From contig JBJOKS010000039.1 in assembly GCA_046045965.1 (NCBI GenBank), positions 1-36,068 on the forward strand: a stretch of DNA of 36,068 nt, in the 5' to 3' direction. A model generated the notes under the pieces. It saw nothing but the letters and a program-made list of their open reading frames with translations. It was not told where the DNA came from and did not search any database. Shown here one piece after another: positions 33,766 to 36,068 of this stretch (its first letter is position 1; every line of letters starts with the position of its first letter). Source of the DNA: Cyanobacteriota bacterium (GTDB lineage: Bacteria > Cyanobacteriota > Cyanobacteriia > Cyanobacteriales > Nostocaceae). Position numbers and translations under genes: made by a program.

Positions 33766-36068
33766 ATGACAACAGCGTTTTCCCCAGAACATTTAGCAGC
33801 ACAAATTACCCAAGCCTTGGGTGAATCTCTGTCAAAGCCTGACCTAGAAAGTTGTATCCAAGCCTTAGAAATTATTCAACCACCAATAGCCAAACAATTT
33901 TGGCAATCTGCAACCGCAGCACCAGGAATTTATCTAGTTTTGGCTGGTAAAGTCAGACTGTTAGATGGTGAAAATAATTTAATTACAACTTTGTCATCTG
34001 GTTCATCCTTTGGGGAGTTGACATTGTTTCCCGAACAGAAGTTTAGTGATTATGTAGCGAGAGCTTCTGTGAATTTAAAAATAGGTTATCTGCCTCAAGA
34101 GGTAATTAATAAATTTTCCACTGTATGCAATCACCTACTCCTGAAGGCAGAACTTTGGGATACATTGCTGTTATTGTGCCAGAACTCTGCTATTCCTCGT
34201 CATGAATCAATAGAGGAAATGTTAACAGCATTATCCCTATTTACCAAACAAAATTTAGACATTGGTCCAATCAATTCCCAACTCACCAAAAATAGTAAAC
34301 TCTTGCTAGTGCGTGAGGGAGAACTACAAAATTCTCAAGGGACAAAATTAACACCAGGTAATATTTTTGTAAATCCCCAGCAGGGAAATTGGCAAGCAAA
34401 CCAAGCAACCATAGCCTATATTTTACCTGATGCGGATTGGCAAACAGCAATACAACACTGGCCGCAACTAAGCACCTTCATTGAAGTAGAAAATAGACCA
34501 AATCTGGAAGCAATTAAGCACGAAGTAAAACCCAAAAGCCGGAATGTCATTCAATTTCCCCAACCTATAATACAGCCTCAACCACAACCGAAACAACGCC
34601 AAAAATACTTTCCTAGTCCCACAGTTACCGCTGGCAATTGGTGGCGCAAAATTAGCAAACGCTACCCATTTTTTGAACAACAAAGTGCTTCAGACTGTGG
34701 TGCAGCTTGCTTAGTGATGATTAGTCGTTATTGGGGGAAAAATTTTAGTATTAATCGCTTGCGGGATCTTGCTAATGTTAACCGTGCTGGTTCATCAATG
34801 CAAAGTTTAAGTGCTGCGGCTGAAAGTATTGGTTTTTCTACTCGTCCAGTGAAAGCCAGTTTAGATAAATTGGCACAACAACCCCTACCAGCGATCGCTC
34901 ACTGGGAAGGTAAACATTACATTGTTGTCTATGAAATCACCAAAAAACGAGTAATTGTTGCTGATCCCGCTATCGGTCAACGCAACCTCACCATCGGGGA
35001 ATTTAAAGCCGGTTGGACTGGTTATGCGTTGTTATTACAACCGACAAATTCACTCAAAGAAACACCAGAAGCTAATACACCATTTTGGCAGTTATTTGAG
35101 TTAATTAAACCTCATTACCAGGTACTGCTAGAAGTATTTGCAGCTTCAGTGTTAATTCAAATCTTTGGACTGGTGACACCTTTATTTACTCAACTATTAT
35201 TAGACAGAGTAATTGTTCAAGGTAGCACCATCACCTTAAATACTGTTGGGTTTGGGTTACTAATTTTTAGCTTATTTCGTGTCGTTATTAATGGACTCAG
35301 ACAATATTTATTAGACCACACAGCTAACCGAATTGGTGTAGCCTTGATGGTAGGTTTTATCAAGCATACATTTCGTTTACCTCTGTCATTTTTTGAATCT
35401 CGTTACGTTGGTGATATTGTTTCTCGCGTTCAAGAAAATCAAAAAATCCAGCGGTTTCTCACTGGTGAAGCATTATCTATTATTTTAGATTTGCTGACAG
35501 TGTTTATCTATGTAGGTTTGATGTTTTGGTACAGTCCACCACTGGCTTTATTGGTTTTAGCAATTGTCCCACCTTTTGTATTATTAGCCCTGTTGGCCAC
35601 ACCTTTTTTAATACGCATTAGCCGTGAGGTATTTAGTGCAGTAACTCAAGAAAATAGTTACTTAATCCAAAGCCTTACAGGTATTTCTTCAATTCGCTCA
35701 ATGGCTATTGAACAAACAGTACGCTGGCGTTGGGAAGAATTGCTTAATAAGTTGACCAAGAAAAATTTTAGCGGTCAGGTAATTAGTAACCAACTGCAAA
35801 TTATTAGTGCCACAATTCAATCTGTAGCTAGTACAGGATTGTTGTGGTTTGGTGCTTGGTTAGTCATTCAAAACCAATTGACTATTGGACAATTAGTTGC
35901 TTTTAATATGTTATTAGGCAACGTTATCCAACCTTTTCAGAGGTTAATTGTGTTATGGAATCAATTGCAGGAAGTGATTGTTTCCACAGAGCGAATTAAT
36001 GATGTCTTGGAAGCTGAAGTAGAAGAAGATTTAGCAGCCCAACCCCGGCAAATTTTACCGAGATTGCG
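33766..36068 (+). CDS. Peptidase-containing ABC transporter (HlyB/HetC-like: cNMP-binding-like domain(s), C39 peptidase, ABC membrane domain); runs off the window
   Basis: Absent from the ORF track because it has no stop in the window. GGAGG RBS and ATG at 33766. GIYLVLAGKVRL..SFGE (cNMP-like); QQSASDCGAACL, HWEGKHYIVVY and VADPA (C39); LVTPLFTQLLLDRV, FFESRYVGDIVSR and LTIGQLVAFNML (ABC TM). Confidence 0.95.
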   Translation, partial: MTTAFSPEHLAAQITQALGESLSKPDLESCIQALEIIQPPIAKQFWQSATAAPGIYLVLAGKVRLLDGENNLITTLSSGSSFGELTLFPEQKFSDYVARASVNLKIGYLPQEVINKFSTVCNHLLLKAELWDTLLLLCQNSAIPRHESIEEMLTALSLFTKQNLDIGPINSQLTKNSKLLLVREGELQNSQGTKLTPGNIFVNPQQGNWQANQATIAYILPDADWQTAIQHWPQLSTFIEVENRPNLEAIKHEVKPKSRNVIQFPQPIIQPQPQPKQRQKYFPSPTVTAGNWWRKISKRYPFFEQQSASDCGAACLVMISRYWGKNFSINRLRDLANVNRAGSSMQSLSAAAESIGFSTRPVKASLDKLAQQPLPAIAHWEGKHYIVVYEITKKRVIVADPAIGQRNLTIGEFKAGWTGYALLLQPTNSLKETPEANTPFWQLFELIKPHYQVLLEVFAASVLIQIFGLVTPLFTQLLLDRVIVQGSTITLNTVGFGLLIFSLFRVVINGLRQYLLDHTANRIGVALMVGFIKHTFRLPLSFFESRYVGDIVSRVQENQKIQRFLTGEALSIILDLLTVFIYVGLMFWYSPPLALLVLAIVPPFVLLALLATPFLIRISREVFSAVTQENSYLIQSLTGISSIRSMAIEQTVRWRWEELLNKLTKKNFSGQVISNQLQIISATIQSVASTGLLWFGAWLVIQNQLTIGQLVAFNMLLGNVIQPFQRLIVLWNQLQEVIVSTERINDVLEAEVEEDLAAQPRQILPRL

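Larger units (their letters stand above)
873..34898. repeat. HIP1 octamer GCGATCGC dispersed through the window (at least 23 copies)
   Basis: Seen at 873, 1985, 2446, 2470, 4309, 7414, 7755, 10439, 13359, 13407, 15952, 16014, 16213, 17572, 20877, 21630, 22579, 26736, 29017, 30867, 31100, 33573 and 34891. Confidence 0.95.

Noticed and set aside
53..34683. Antisense or alternate-frame ORFs from the track (e.g. 53-385, 4194-4478, 4349-4543, 8824-9099, 10071-10427, 10393-10584, 11585-11782, 15580-15810, 17827-18165, 19296-19640, 21722-22162, 22248-22514, 23591-23851, 24391-24642, 24970-25158, 26849-27079, 33299-33544, 34468-34683)
   Set aside because: They overlap well-supported genes, have no recognisable motifs and show shadow-ORF composition.

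Overview
Chromosomal segment of a heterocyst-forming cyanobacterium (Nostocales-type). Support: at least 23 HIP1 GCGATCGC sites, dense heptamer STRR arrays, patN and a hetZ paralog. Most of the window is conserved backbone: rbfA, a dam-type methylase, a YciO/Sua5 protein, larC, trnL-UAA with a group I intron, ndhL, trpA, patN, a Ser/Thr kinase, mgtE, pyrB, pheT and a mannose-1-phosphate guanylyltransferase fusion. It opens in the 3' end of a repetitive surface protein (939-bp unit) and ends in a cNMP/C39-peptidase ABC transporter preceded by an IS630-derived HTH gene. The two most interesting unexplained signals are non-coding. (1) A roughly 400-nt ORF-poor, highly base-paired + strand segment (31391-31793) ending in an intrinsic terminator is a candidate large ncRNA. 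(2) A roughly 270-nt mgtE 5' leader has an aptamer-like closed domain, a Pro-Pro uORF and mutually exclusive SD/anti-SD helices, and is a candidate metal-responsive RNA switch. No CRISPR array, rRNA or intact transposase was found. All calls are by eye from the sequence; no database search or folding program was run.
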